In this document: piece after piece, positions 63,600 through 64,000 of the stretch
Position numbering within the stretch: position 1 is the stretch's first letter
Layout: the number at the start of each line of letters is the position of its first letter
Program-made: the position numbers and the translations under genes
Origin: Deltaproteobacteria bacterium
Lineage (GTDB): Bacteria; Myxococcota; Myxococcia; Myxococcales; 40CM-4-68-19
Reading direction: 5' to 3'
DNA length: 64,000 nt
NCBI GenBank assembly: GCA_005879535.1
Contig: VBKI01000064.1
Span: 52,993-116,992, forward strand
The notes under the pieces: generated by a model
Database searches by the model: none
Told to the model about the DNA's origin: nothing
The model's input: only the letters and a program-made list of their open reading frames with translations

Positions 63600-64000
63600 A
63601 TGCTAGCGCAAAGACGGATGTTGGAACTCGACGACATGCTGCGGCTGGGGAGCCAGCCGCTCGACACGCCTGCCGAGCTCGCCCCCGTAGAGACCGATGG
63701 CGCTCCTTCCCAGCCGCCGACCGTTCTGGTGGTTGACGACGACCGCGCCGTTCGCGAAGTGCTCTCGGCGGTCCTCAAGGAGGAGGGGTACCCGGTCCGC
63801 CAGGCGGCGGGCGCGGACGCGGCCCTGGAAATGCTGCGCGGCGACGATCTGCCGCTCGTGCTCTGTGACATGAAGATGCCCGAGCACGACGGTCTCTGGC
63901 TGCTCGACAACGTGCTGCAGCGCCATCCCCATGCCGCCGTTGTCATGCTCACGGGCTTCGGCGACACGGAGAGCGCGGTCGAATGCCTGAGGCGCGGCGC
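63600..64000 (+). CDS. Response regulator receiver domain protein (3' end outside the window)
   Basis: The frame from ATG 63600 reads ...VLVVDDDRAVREVLSAVLKEEGYPVRQAAGADAALEML..PLVLCDMKMPEHDGLWLL..VVMLTGFGD. This ORF is not in the ORF track because it runs off the window end. Confidence 0.85.
   Translation, partial: MLAQRRMLELDDMLRLGSQPLDTPAELAPVETDGAPSQPPTVLVVDDDRAVREVLSAVLKEEGYPVRQAAGADAALEMLRGDDLPLVLCDMKMPEHDGLWLLDNVLQRHPHAAVVMLTGFGDTESAVECLRRG

Overview
High-GC (about 70%) chromosomal window, roughly 90% coding. Gene content suggests a Myxococcota / deltaproteobacterial-type genome. This is an inference from the many FHA/Ser-Thr-kinase, sigma-54 activator, ECF sigma, TPR and lipoprotein genes, Pro/Ala-rich linkers and frequent GTG/TTG starts. 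I call 55 protein-coding genes (2 truncated by the window edges) and one frameshifted outer-membrane-protein gene. I found no rRNA or tRNA genes, no CRISPR array, and no IS element or prophage. The backbone is housekeeping. It includes a J-protein/Hsp70/TPR trio, hslVU, ddl, and a long minus-strand array running xerC, trmFO, topA, dprA, then envelope genes (LysM, CpoB-like, pgeF, dedA) and a KamA-type aminomutase. It continues with a second KamA paralog, relA/ridA, an FHA-kinase-FHA-ECF sigma signalling block, mutS2, treY-malQ, rnr behind an ECF/anti-sigma pair, a GTP/pterin node (folE, queD, SDR, FAD oxidase, ribA), and a 2-oxoacid dehydrogenase locus carrying its own lipA and lipB. Many long ORFs in the six-frame track are antisense or out-of-frame artefacts of the GC content and are rejected. 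No canonical defence or mobile system is visible. Three candidates for something undescribed stand out. (1) The queD/ribA intergenic helix pairs the two Shine-Dalgarno sequences with each other, next to a BH4-like pterin operon and a LipB-Nudix (NudB-like) fusion. (2) A zinc-ribbon FHA / zinc-ribbon kinase / zinc-ribbon FHA block abuts an ECF sigma factor that has no anti-sigma gene. (3) A KamA aminomutase is translationally coupled to a DedA protein at the head of a peptidoglycan-themed array. All functional calls come from motif reading by eye. No searches or folding programs were run.
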